From assembly GCA_032128875.1 (NCBI GenBank), contig JAVLKG010000005.1:192001-256000 (forward strand): 64,000 bases of DNA, written 5' to 3'. Of the stretch, positions 28,603 to 38,321 are shown in pieces. How positions within the stretch are numbered: position 1 is the first letter of the stretch; each line of letters begins with the position of its first letter. The DNA comes from Candidatus Melainabacteria bacterium 17Bon1m. GTDB lineage: Bacteria > Cyanobacteriota > Vampirovibrionia > Obscuribacterales > Obscuribacteraceae. The translations under genes were made by a program, and so were the position numbers. Under the pieces are notes generated by a model. It saw only the letters and a program-made list of their open reading frames with translations, was not told where the DNA came from and made no database searches.

Positions 28603-29790
28603 TTAGCCTTCGGTGTCAGCAGGATGCGAGTGTTTCCGCAGTCCAAGCTCTTCCAGTGCGTCGTCCAGGCTGATTTGGTTCTCTCTAGCAAACTGAAGTG
28701 TCTTGATAGCATCCTCTAACGTGATCAAGTCGTGTTTCAAGAGATACTGGCAGCGCAATGACGAAATCAAAGTCGCCTCGTCGATGGCGCCCGAAATGAC
28801 GAGCATCTTCCCTATTAAGGAAGGATATTTGTTGCTTAGGTCGACTGCCTCCTGGATGTCTGCATCAGTGACGAATCCGGTCATCTTCAGCAATTCGCCA
28901 AGCAATGGAACATTCTGACCGCCATCCTTTGCCTCAGAGCCAAAGACAAATTTGTGCATCTCCTCCGTCGCATCTTTGAGCGTCCGCTCGCCGGAGGCAA
29001 TCTGGCTATAGACTTCCTGCGCCTGGTAGTAAACACGGCTGGAGATTAGCCCGAGATTGACGATTGCTTCACCCAGGGTCTGACCTTTCTCCATGCTGAT
29101 CTCGAGAGCATTGAGAATTTCACTCTCGGTGGCCAATCCACATAAGATAATGAATTCACCAAAGCGTACCTGCTTGTTGCCCGGCGCTGGTGCCATTGAA
29201 TAGGCTTCCAGTTTGATAGGCATGCTTGCTTGTTTCGATAGAGCGGTGTTGAGCATCATTACGCCCTGTTCTAGCGAGATTCGGCGCTCGCGAATCGAGT
29301 GTTGTATTTCCAGTGCTTTCGTAAGCATCTGGTGATTGATGAAGCCGTTGAGGAGAAGAACCCGACCGAATCTCATTCCCGAGGAGTAACTGACCTTTTT
29401 GGCTTGTTCTAATTGCTCTTGATTAATGACGCCTGCTTCGAGAAGTAAGGCGCCGATCGTTGCTTTCTCGGTTGAATTGAGAACGCCTATTTCCGACAAT
29501 GCCTGGGAAGGCGTGAGTTTTTTGGCTTTTAGAGCATTTACCGCGCCCTTGGCCTTATCTATAGAAACAGTTTGACTGGCTATAAGTGGCTGGAGTTCGA
29601 CCACGAGCTGAAGTTCTTCGTCCGTGAGGAAGCCCGTCAGCACCAGGGTCCGCCCGATTGGCAAGCCGAACTGTGGCGCCACTTTGAGCGCATCGGCGAG
29701 GTCTTCTTCCCCAATCAACTTCAGCCTGACGAGGAGATCGCCGAACTTCAAAGCTCTAGCAGGTGATCTGCTTTCTGTGCTCAAATCCAT
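28603..29790 (-). CDS. Protein made of tandem MshEN/T2SSE-N-like motifs, no ATPase
   Basis: Eight degenerate (R/K/L)(F/I/L)GxxL...G(L/F/V)(I/L) motifs, e.g. RFGRVLLLNGFINHQMLTKALEIQ. Confidence 0.8.
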   Translation of the reverse strand: MDLSTESRSPARALKFGDLLVRLKLIGEEDLADALKVAPQFGLPIGRTLVLTGFLTDEELQLVVELQPLIASQTVSIDKAKGAVNALKAKKLTPSQALSEIGVLNSTEKATIGALLLEAGVINQEQLEQAKKVSYSSGMRFGRVLLLNGFINHQMLTKALEIQHSIRERRISLEQGVMMLNTALSKQASMPIKLEAYSMAPAPGNKQVRFGEFIILCGLATESEILNALEISMEKGQTLGEAIVNLGLISSRVYYQAQEVYSQIASGERTLKDATEEMHKFVFGSEAKDGGQNVPLLGELLKMTGFVTDADIQEAVDLSNKYPSLIGKMLVISGAIDEATLISSLRCQYLLKHDLITLEDAIKTLQFARENQISLDDALEELGLRKHSHPADTEG

Positions 29791-29894
29791 TCCTCGAGAA
29801 GGCGTTCCTAATATTAGACCAGTTCAACAAAAATAAACCCTCATGGATTCCTAACTTTCCATTTTGGGTAGTAATCCATGAGGGAGGAAAGATC

Positions 29895-32504
29895 ATGATT
29901 ACTAACAAAGTCTGGAAAGGAAAATCGGCGAGACTGCCTCTGGCAGTTGGTTTGGTGGTTTGTTTGACGGCGCCACAAGGTGCTTTGCTTTCCGCGGGCG
30001 CTGCAAATGTGGCTCCGAAGGCGGCGGCAGCAGCAAAAACGGCCAAGCCGGCGGGTGCCAAAGGGACGCTTCCGCTTCCGGCATCCCACAACCAGTCCGG
30101 CACACCCGCGAAAGTGCAGCAGGCGCTTTCTAATTTCAAAGGTGACAAGTGGGCGGTGGTGATTGGCGTTAGCCGCTTTTCGGACGGCAGCATTCCTCAA
30201 CTCAAGTACTCAGCCAAAGATGCGCAGGATTTCTACGATTACCTGACAGACCCTAATTACGGGCACTTCGCGAAGGATCACGTCAAGCTTCTCCTCAACG
30301 AAGACGCGAGCAAAGTCAATATTATGGATGTGATCGGCGACTCCTTCTTGCCGCACGGAGCCGCACCCGGAGACCTCGTCGTCATTTATCTTTCCACTCA
30401 CGGCTCTCCTGCCGGCGCTGATATCCGCGGCGTCAACTACGTCGTAGCCAGCGATTCGAGGGTCAACAAGCTATTTGCTACTGGCATCGAGATGCGCCAA
30501 TTGCTGCGTACGGTTAAGGAGCGCGTGCATACCAATCGCGTGGTGCTCGTTCTCGATACTTGCTACAGCGGCGCCGGTACCGAAGGCGCGCACAAAGGAA
30601 TTGCCCGCAGAAATGTCGATACCGAAGCGCTCGCCTCCGCCTCCGGTAGTGTTGTGATTTCTTCCAGCTCTGCGGACCAGCAGTCATGGGAAGCGGATGA
30701 GGTAAAAAACAGCTATTTCACTAAGTATTTGCTCGATTCGTTGCGCGATCCTGCGGTTGGAAACGACCTCGAGCGCGCGTTCAATAGTATGAAAGACCGG
30801 GTTCAGTCTGCGGTTTTGAAGGATAAAGGCGCCCTTCAGACCCCGGTCATCGGTGGAGCAGTGAATGCTCGCGGTTTGGCACTTGGTGCCATGCCCTCGG
30901 TGACTCGTGAAGCACCTGTCGTCGCCTATGCTTCTCCAGTGACCGGAAGCACCACCGGTATCAGTGATGGTTCGCGTGGCGGAATGGCCATTGATCTTTC
31001 CGATTATGGTCAGCGAATGCGCAATGCCTACAATTTTAGAAATTCGCACAAGAGCTGGGATGCAATCCACGAATTGCAAGCCGCGCAGAAGATCAATCCG
31101 AGTTCAATCGAAGCCTTCATGCAGGCTACCGACATTTTGGATGAACAGGGTCGCTACGCCGAAGCGCTCGAGTCCGCGAAAAAAGCTGTGCTCAATTCGG
31201 AGCATTCTTCTGAAGCGCACTTCCGCCTTGGTCGCGCCAACCTGCGCGTCGGCAACAAAGAAGAAGCATTGAGGCAAGTACGCCTGGCGCTTAGTTTGGA
31301 CCCAGGCAATGCAATGGCATACAACTGGCTGGGTTTTATAAACCAGAATGATCTTCAGCGTATCGATGAGGCCGAGCAAAATTATCGCAAGGCACTTGAG
31401 CTAGATCCTCTTAACGCGCGCGCCATGGTTAACCTCGGACTTCTCTTGCAGTCAGATCCAAAGAAAACCGATGAGGCCGAGAAGCTCTTTCGACGCGCAC
31501 TTGAAGCCGACTCTGAAGACTGGCAAGCACGCATGTCGCTCGGTTATCTGTTGTTTTACCTGAAGGGCAACAAGGTTGCAGGTGCTAAGGAATTGCGCAA
31601 AGCAATCGAGTTGGACCCTGCCAATTCGCGCTTGCACTCAGAGCTGGGAGAGATGCTTTCTGACAATCCTGATGAGCACAGTACCAGCGAAGCTGAGTTT
31701 CGCAAGGGCATTGAGCTTTCTCCGAAATCGGGACTTGCTCACTTCAAACTGGCAGAGTTTCTCGCCCTCAAAACCAATCGCGTGGAAGAAGCTGAGAAGG
31801 AGTATCGCGAAGCAATTCAGCTGGACGCCTCGCTTGATGCCGCGCGCGTTGGCTATGCGTATTTATTGATTGACCAAAAGCATATTTACGACAAGTCGTA
31901 CGATCAGCTCAAAGAGGCTATCAAGATCAACCAGAGGAATGCCAAAGCCTACCTCGGTCTTGGTCGAATTCAAATGGAGCTGTACAAAAACTATCCGGCG
32001 GCTGAGGCTGAAATCAAGAAGGCTCTTGCGATCAATCCTAACTATGCTGAAGCATATGACGTTTATGGCGTGCTGCTTTCCACTCGCATGAATAGACTGA
32101 GTGAAGCCAAATCTGCATTCGAGAAAGCAATTGCCGCTGACCCTAAAGCAAGTCAGCCGCTATATCACTACGCTCAAATGCTGATTACTCAAGGCAAAGA
32201 TATCGAACAGGCAAACAAACTTTTGCGTTCGGCAATGGATTTAAATCCTAAAGAATCCAGCTACAAGACAGCTCTTGCTTACATCCAAATTTCGCACTAC
32301 AAGCAATTCAAGTCTGCCGAGCAGTTGCTGAGACAAGCACTTGAGGCTAATCTCAGTGATTCGCAGGCGCACTACCGTCTGGGTATGCTTCTTATTGAGA
32401 AGCTTGGACTGCGCAAAGAAGGTGAATCCGAGCTGAAGACCGCATTGAGCCAGGACCCGGAGAATCGCGAAATCAAGACCGCAGTGGAGAGATTTGCTCG
32501 CTAG
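29895..32504 (+). CDS. Caspase-family (C14) peptidase with long TPR array
   Basis: GGAGG RBS; KWAVVIGVS, LKYSAKDA, YLSTHGS (His), VLDTCYSG (Cys), SYFTKYL, QTP; more than ten TPR-like repeats. Confidence 0.92.
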   Translation: MITNKVWKGKSARLPLAVGLVVCLTAPQGALLSAGAANVAPKAAAAAKTAKPAGAKGTLPLPASHNQSGTPAKVQQALSNFKGDKWAVVIGVSRFSDGSIPQLKYSAKDAQDFYDYLTDPNYGHFAKDHVKLLLNEDASKVNIMDVIGDSFLPHGAAPGDLVVIYLSTHGSPAGADIRGVNYVVASDSRVNKLFATGIEMRQLLRTVKERVHTNRVVLVLDTCYSGAGTEGAHKGIARRNVDTEALASASGSVVISSSSADQQSWEADEVKNSYFTKYLLDSLRDPAVGNDLERAFNSMKDRVQSAVLKDKGALQTPVIGGAVNARGLALGAMPSVTREAPVVAYASPVTGSTTGISDGSRGGMAIDLSDYGQRMRNAYNFRNSHKSWDAIHELQAAQKINPSSIEAFMQATDILDEQGRYAEALESAKKAVLNSEHSSEAHFRLGRANLRVGNKEEALRQVRLALSLDPGNAMAYNWLGFINQNDLQRIDEAEQNYRKALELDPLNARAMVNLGLLLQSDPKKTDEAEKLFRRALEADSEDWQARMSLGYLLFYLKGNKVAGAKELRKAIELDPANSRLHSELGEMLSDNPDEHSTSEAEFRKGIELSPKSGLAHFKLAEFLALKTNRVEEAEKEYREAIQLDASLDAARVGYAYLLIDQKHIYDKSYDQLKEAIKINQRNAKAYLGLGRIQMELYKNYPAAEAEIKKALAINPNYAEAYDVYGVLLSTRMNRLSEAKSAFEKAIAADPKASQPLYHYAQMLITQGKDIEQANKLLRSAMDLNPKESSYKTALAYIQISHYKQFKSAEQLLRQALEANLSDSQAHYRLGMLLIEKLGLRKEGESELKTALSQDPENREIKTAVERFAR

Positions 32505-32543
32505 GTGTTGGCTAGCTGACTGGACTTTTCTGCAATAATACCG

Positions 32544-34127
32544 GTGATGGATGAGGCTAAATCTCGAAACATCAAAATCACCGTAGCGGCCGCACTGCAG
32601 GCTGCGTTGTACGGCGTATGGCCTGTGCTTTTGATTTATTCGATTACACTCGGCGACTACGCTCCCGATCAGCTTGTCGAGCCGATAACTATTGTTTGCC
32701 TTGTGAATCTTGCACTCTGGGCAATTCTCTGGCTTTTTCGCATTGACGCGGCAAGGGCTGCTTTGGTCGTGACGATACTTTCTTTGGCAAACTTCTTTTA
32801 TTTGCCCTTCTCTGAGATTCTTATTTCCCCAACCAGGTTGTTTCCAGTTCCTATACCGGCAGCTGTTGTCCTAGGAGGGTATTTCCTTATTTTGGCGGCG
32901 GTCGTGACCGTTGTTGGAGTGGGCGAAATTAGGCTTGGGCAGAAAAACTTGAAGATAAACGTTGAACCTCTGGTGCTACCGGCGGTGGCAATTGCAGTGG
33001 CTCTTTGTGGCTTTAATGTCTTCACAATCGCCGGCTTTGAAACTAAATCAAACGAAATTGCAAAACAACTAGCAGCCAAGTATTTTCTGGCTGATCAGAA
33101 ATTGGTTATAGACAAAACTTCCGAAAAGCCGGACGTCTATTATGTGATTATCGATGGTTTTGCAAATCCGGAAACGCTCAAAAACATACTTGGTTACGAT
33201 AATTCCGAGTTTGTCGACTATTTGAATCAAAATGATTTCTATGTTGCCTCAAATAGTTGCAGTAATCATGATCGCACTGTATTTAGTGTCACATCTTCGC
33301 TGAATATGGGTTTGATGACTCCACTTTCAGAGTACCTTGGACCGAAAGAGCTGGACTCAAACGTGCCACTCAAGCTGCTTCGCGATAACAGAGTGATGAA
33401 ACTTTTCAAAAAAGCTGGATATCGCATCGTCAATGTTTGTTCGGGCTTTTGCCCAACTGATTACATCCCGCAAGCTGACGTGAATTTGAGATCGGGCTGG
33501 GGCACGGGTTTTAACATGTCTCTGTTTCATCTTTCCCTGCTTGGCGCGTTCGAGCCTTATTTACATACTGTCGAGGACGAATATGCAAATGTTCGAACCG
33601 CGCCAATACGAAGAGCTGCGGAAATATCAAATCTTGAAGGACCAAAGTTCGTCCTGGTACATTGCTTGTTGACCCATCCGCCTTTTATTTTCGATGAGAT
33701 TGGGCGGCATCAACCGCTGACGATGCAGTTATTGTCGGCTCCTTACGTTAGAGACCCTTATCTTGCTCAGCTAAAGTTCACTGAGAAGAATCTGAAAGAG
33801 TTGCTTAATACTTTGTGTCGTGCGGACAATGGAAAATCAATTGTCATATTGCAAAGCGACCATGGTTCGTCCTGTACGGACTGGCGCAATGGCTCGTTGT
33901 TTATAAAGGAACGCATGCGGATTTTGAATGCATACCGTGTGCCAGACCATATGAAAAGAGCTCTGTATCAAACTATCACACCGGTCAATACTTTCCGTGT
34001 TGTGTTGAATGATTTGTTTGGTGCAGACCTTCCTCTGCAAAAGGACGAGTCTTATATCGCCATTCCACCCGCAGAATGGCACAAGTTTCGAGATGTCACT
34101 GAGTTTTTGAAGAAGTCTTGGCAGTGA
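32544..34127 (+). CDS. Membrane sulfatase/LTA-synthase-like (alkaline phosphatase superfamily) protein
   Basis: N-terminal TM helices; KPDVYYVIIDG, SSLNM, HPPFIFD, ILQSDHG, TITPVNTFR. Confidence 0.85.
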   Translation: MMDEAKSRNIKITVAAALQAALYGVWPVLLIYSITLGDYAPDQLVEPITIVCLVNLALWAILWLFRIDAARAALVVTILSLANFFYLPFSEILISPTRLFPVPIPAAVVLGGYFLILAAVVTVVGVGEIRLGQKNLKINVEPLVLPAVAIAVALCGFNVFTIAGFETKSNEIAKQLAAKYFLADQKLVIDKTSEKPDVYYVIIDGFANPETLKNILGYDNSEFVDYLNQNDFYVASNSCSNHDRTVFSVTSSLNMGLMTPLSEYLGPKELDSNVPLKLLRDNRVMKLFKKAGYRIVNVCSGFCPTDYIPQADVNLRSGWGTGFNMSLFHLSLLGAFEPYLHTVEDEYANVRTAPIRRAAEISNLEGPKFVLVHCLLTHPPFIFDEIGRHQPLTMQLLSAPYVRDPYLAQLKFTEKNLKELLNTLCRADNGKSIVILQSDHGSSCTDWRNGSLFIKERMRILNAYRVPDHMKRALYQTITPVNTFRVVLNDLFGADLPLQKDESYIAIPPAEWHKFRDVTEFLKKSWQ

Positions 34128-34128
34128 G

Positions 34129-35544
34129 CTACGGTTGTCCAGGGATGTTGTAGTTTCGCTCTTTCGTGCCGTGAAGCTTCATCAGATACAGCACGCGTCC
34201 TGATTCTTCAAGCGGTGTCTTTTCTATAATTTCAAAGAATTTCCCAAACTCATTTTCAAAAGTCTCTTCCGTGTATGCGGTGAAAATGTCTTTGCGACTG
34301 GCTAGTAGTCGTTGTACCTGCACATCTGATTTTGGCACGAATTCTATGATGAGGGTTTTGCAAACCAGTGAGAAGAATTCTGCAATCCTTTCGAAAGGTA
34401 CGTTGTTGGAGATGGCCAGGTGATGTACTAAAGCAAGTGCAAGACCTGTATCGCAAGGACCTCTTTCAATAAGACTGGCGCGTTCGTTGTTTGACCAGCC
34501 GATGCTGGGAGTGGGTGCGGTCAAATCTATGACGAGTGGAAGAATGCGATTGGAGCTCTCTTTTTCTGCATCGAGGTAATTTTTCTGAACGCAAAGAGGA
34601 TCCATGTCCAGCGATATTGTCATCGCGCCGAGTTCTGCTGCGACTCTGCTATAGCGCCCGCAATTGGCACCAAAGTCGAAGACTGTTTTAGGTGCAGTCT
34701 GCATGAGCATATCGCGCACAGTCGCGAGTTTCTTTTCAGTCGTCTCTGCAGAGTAGCTGTTGCAGTCGTAATAGTCAGACCAATTTGATTGACACTTCGG
34801 CAGATGAATACTGGAGACTGCGGCTTCAAGTGAGTCTATCAAACCCAGCAAGGCATGCTTTGGTAGTCTTCTTGAACTTGCACTTGCGCGAGTGCCTTCG
34901 AATTTGTTTTGCAATCTTGCGTGCAGGAATAAGTGCATCAGCAGATTTCCGTTGAGCAATGCTCGTTTTGGCAAAAGTTTGCAAGCAAGGTCCAGTGGAA
35001 TCCCATCAATATGACTTTGAGTCAGTCTGCTCAAACGCAGGTCTACAAAAGCCATTAGCGCAAGCGGAGCAAGGAAGTGTTGGCAAAATTGTTTGTACGC
35101 AACCCATGGACTGCCTTCTTCATACACTTCGAAAGAGAGCGTATCTATGAGCGATGGCGTTATTCCAAAGAATTGAATGTTATAGGCGCTTGCATCTTTT
35201 AGACTCATTCCGTATTCGAGAGAAATTTTTTGAATTCGCAAAGTGGCGAGTGCCGCTGATTTTAGTTGGCTAAAGCTCCATTCGTACGGATATGAAACGA
35301 ACGGCACACGTGCGGGCTTCAGAATTTTGAATGTACGTCCCGTGCGATTGACTTCAATGTCTGCGTCTTCGTGCGGGACAAGAAGCCCTTTTCCGACGAG
35401 AGTTATGTAGAGGCCGGACTGAGTAAGTTGTTTGAAATTTTCGCTGTAAGAGACGCGAACTTTGCGATAGAGATTTCCTCCTTCTTCGAATACGAATCCA
35501 TTTGGATCGCGGAAGGAGGAAGATAGCGGTTGTGGAGTTGTCAT
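34129..35544 (-). CDS. NoeA-like SAM-dependent methyltransferase
   Basis: SSFRDPNG, SYPYEWSFSQLK, LKDASAYNIQF, WSDYY, DFGANCG, ALALVHHLAI, IIEFVPK.D. Confidence 0.9.
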   Translation of the reverse strand: MTTPQPLSSSFRDPNGFVFEEGGNLYRKVRVSYSENFKQLTQSGLYITLVGKGLLVPHEDADIEVNRTGRTFKILKPARVPFVSYPYEWSFSQLKSAALATLRIQKISLEYGMSLKDASAYNIQFFGITPSLIDTLSFEVYEEGSPWVAYKQFCQHFLAPLALMAFVDLRLSRLTQSHIDGIPLDLACKLLPKRALLNGNLLMHLFLHARLQNKFEGTRASASSRRLPKHALLGLIDSLEAAVSSIHLPKCQSNWSDYYDCNSYSAETTEKKLATVRDMLMQTAPKTVFDFGANCGRYSRVAAELGAMTISLDMDPLCVQKNYLDAEKESSNRILPLVIDLTAPTPSIGWSNNERASLIERGPCDTGLALALVHHLAISNNVPFERIAEFFSLVCKTLIIEFVPKSDVQVQRLLASRKDIFTAYTEETFENEFGKFFEIIEKTPLEESGRVLYLMKLHGTKERNYNIPGQP

Positions 35545-35546
35545 CG

Positions 35547-35768
35547 CTATTCTCGCCTCGTAGTTCGCTTGAGGCAAATGCGCTTGAGAAACGCTTTTAT
35601 TGTGAACATAGCGCCGAAAAGAAAGCCCATTGCTAGTTGCAGCATGTAGCTGCCGGTCGAAGGGTCTACATAAGCGGAGGCCGGTTGGATAAAGAAAACT
35701 GATAGTAAAAGAGCCATTGGCAGCGAGTCACTGCCTAGCTGAGCGAAATTGGCACGTTGGCACAACAT
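35547..35768 (-). CDS. Small membrane protein with AYVDPSTGS motif
   Basis: GGAG RBS before ATG 35768; QPASAYVDPSTGSYMLQLAMG resembles the YxDPGTGS small-protein motif; 2 nt upstream of the methyltransferase. Confidence 0.75.
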   Translation of the reverse strand: MLCQRANFAQLGSDSLPMALLLSVFFIQPASAYVDPSTGSYMLQLAMGFLFGAMFTIKAFLKRICLKRTTRRE

Positions 35769-36011
35769 TGAAAAATCTCCTGGAGTAAGCGCGCCCTTGC
35801 GGCTTCTAAAGTCCAACCTATCGCAGTTTTCGGGATTCGCCTATTCTTCAGAGCGTCTTATCGATTGTGAGTATGGAAGTGCCTATAAGAAAATATGGGG
35901 AAAAGTTAGAAAATATAGCTACTCTTCCTTATGCTGTATCCCGAAATGACCGTCGGACTTGCCATAGCGGGAAAGTCCGTGCTGCGCGCGCCTTCTGAAG
36001 AATTTCTGGCG

Positions 36012-36029
36012 TTCCCTCACGTGAGGGAA
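36012..36029. promoter_or_regulatory. Perfect 18-bp palindrome, candidate operator
   Basis: TTCCCTCACGTGAGGGAA is its own reverse complement; lies in a divergent intergenic region. Confidence 0.5.
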
Positions 36030-36111
36030 TTTTTCTAGACAAAATTGTCCTATTAATAGTGTTAGCCGGGAGGACCCGCGCCGGTTTGGCTTTAGCAAAA
36101 AGGGACGACCC

Positions 36112-38100
36112 ATGAAACGCCAGAGAATACGCACAGAGCAACTCTATAGAGACCGTATGCGGGGCAACATGATTGTCCTTGTTGTTTCTATTCTTGCGGG
36201 TCTGGTAATAGCCGTCATTCTATTCATGCTCGGCTATATTCGTATTCTCGGATCGCATAGCGAACAGCGCACGGCTATTGAAAGTGCTGCCCTGGCGGCT
36301 GCGAAAGACCTCAGCCGCATTGTTGTCGAGGATCCGAATTTCGGCTTTATCTCTTTGTCGGATGGCGCTCCGGTCGGCACCAGTACCACTGCGGGCGATA
36401 AATACTTCATGCCGGTGCACGGAATCAACACTATTCTCGGCACTATCCGTCTCGACTTAATAGTCGCCGATCAGTTGAATGATCCAGTCATGAAAGAATT
36501 CATCGACAGGGACTACAACAATGCGATGGCTGCCAAAGACAAGCTCGTCAACGTTTTGGACGGTGCAGTCTCCGGAGTCAGCAGCGCGGGGGCGGAGCCT
36601 AAAGACCGAGATGGCGCTATTGTCGACCCCTATGATTCGGCAGTAAAGGCTTACAAAGCCAACGTCATAAGGCAAACAGCCAACTCCAAGTTTGTTGAAG
36701 GTTCGCTCAAATTGCAACTCGGTTGCATCGTTGGCGGAGGCGGCACAAACATCCCGATTCCCAAGCCTGAGAATCTGAGCACTGTCAGCAGCAGCCAACG
36801 CATTGGCAACTTCTATAAGTCTTATACAAATATCCCGTTCGGCGACAAAGACTTCGTCTTCGCCGGTATCGCAGAAGGCGCGACGATTGTCGACAACAAC
36901 AAATTCACGAAGACAATTCCAGGTCTTCCTTATGTGATTCCTTCGATCGTCCGTGCTGAAGGCGATCAAATGATCTCCACGACTGATGGTACGACCGTGC
37001 ATAAGGGTGTGCAAAAAGCAGCAGCTTGCGCTCAACCTTTCAATGTCTACGACCCCAAGCCGGCACCCGGCATCCTCTCGATTAGTTTTCCAGATGGAAA
37101 ACCCCCTGAGATTGCCAGCCTCGGCAGTCTGTGGATGGACCCGCAATTTTTATCACCTTCCAAAGACACACAAATTCTCACCCCCTTGGGCGGTGATTAT
37201 CCTGGCGGCGGCGGAACTCTCACTCCCAGCACCTGGTCAGCAGGTGGTGGCGGAGGCGGCGGCGGCGGAGCTTCCAGCAATACGCCAATGAGTATCATCT
37301 GGAGCAGTTCCTTCTACGACTGGTTGCGCCGCGGTGGCACCAAGGTTGATATCGGTTCAGTTAAGGCGGCAGTTTCTGCGCCATTCCCCAGCCTGGTTCC
37401 GAGCAGCAAAGGTCACGCCAACGTATTCGGTTTTAATCCTGATGGTTCTGTTCGCACAGGTCAGCTTTCCATTCAGCCAATGCCGTACATGTCCGTTAGC
37501 GAAAACCAGTTTGTTTCAGTGTCGAAAGACGCCTACACTAGCAGCGAGCCCGTCAAATATGACGTTATCGTCAGAGACCAGGCCAACATTCGCGGTCGCC
37601 TCAACGGCGGCAGACATGGTGGAGAGCCTCTAGACAACCCGGTTTACGCCTCTGCTCTGGCGGCAAGTCTAGGAGGTTCGGGTGGTACTTATGGTGGTGT
37701 AGTAACCTGGACCCCGACCGCAGCAAGTCTTTTGGGATTGATTGGTATTCAGGGAAACCCATGGAGCGGCGGCCTGCTTGGAGTAGTCCCGACAGGCATC
37801 GCCATTCTCGGACCCTACGGATTGATCACACTTATCTATCCGCCGACCAGTCCTAACTGGGTTGCCGGACCGAACAATGACTTCGGCCAGGGTGTGCTTC
37901 CACCCGCGCAAATAACCAGCTTCACGACTGGACCAGGCGCCGGTGCGCAGCGCCCAACCTACACTACCAATGGCACGGTCATTGATGTCAGGTTTAGAAA
38001 GCAGATTCCAATTTTGCCGGCGCCAGCTCCGCTCACTGTTCTTGGTGGTCCGCGCTATAAGTTGATTGAATACGGCAGCAGCAGTAGCAGCGGACCATAA
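36112..38100 (+). CDS. Large TadG/pseudopilin-like surface protein
   Basis: RG followed by a hydrophobic helix (RGNMIVLVVSILAGLVI), then EQRTAIESAALAAA, typical of Tad N-termini; Gly/Pro-rich C-terminus. Confidence 0.7.
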   Translation: MKRQRIRTEQLYRDRMRGNMIVLVVSILAGLVIAVILFMLGYIRILGSHSEQRTAIESAALAAAKDLSRIVVEDPNFGFISLSDGAPVGTSTTAGDKYFMPVHGINTILGTIRLDLIVADQLNDPVMKEFIDRDYNNAMAAKDKLVNVLDGAVSGVSSAGAEPKDRDGAIVDPYDSAVKAYKANVIRQTANSKFVEGSLKLQLGCIVGGGGTNIPIPKPENLSTVSSSQRIGNFYKSYTNIPFGDKDFVFAGIAEGATIVDNNKFTKTIPGLPYVIPSIVRAEGDQMISTTDGTTVHKGVQKAAACAQPFNVYDPKPAPGILSISFPDGKPPEIASLGSLWMDPQFLSPSKDTQILTPLGGDYPGGGGTLTPSTWSAGGGGGGGGGASSNTPMSIIWSSSFYDWLRRGGTKVDIGSVKAAVSAPFPSLVPSSKGHANVFGFNPDGSVRTGQLSIQPMPYMSVSENQFVSVSKDAYTSSEPVKYDVIVRDQANIRGRLNGGRHGGEPLDNPVYASALAASLGGSGGTYGGVVTWTPTAASLLGLIGIQGNPWSGGLLGVVPTGIAILGPYGLITLIYPPTSPNWVAGPNNDFGQGVLPPAQITSFTTGPGAGAQRPTYTTNGTVIDVRFRKQIPILPAPAPLTVLGGPRYKLIEYGSSSSSGP

Positions 38101-38321
38101 CCGCGGCTCCGTGAGCGCAGCTTCCTTTAAAATTGAAGTTTGAATGATCAAACAGAGCAGAAGCTTCATCTGCTCTGTTTTGCTTTTCAGGTTGTCGAAT
38201 TGCTTGATTTCGCACAATTCTTTCTCACTGGTTTTTTGAGGCTCAACTTGGGCAATAGGTTAGTATTGAGCCAATGTGCTAGTGTAGCTCGGACGAAAAA
38301 TCCCATGGTGAGTGCGAATTG

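Noticed and set aside
35968-35990. GGAAAGTCCG resembling the RNase P RNA motif
   Set aside because: The other conserved RNase P segments are absent and the next gene starts too soon.
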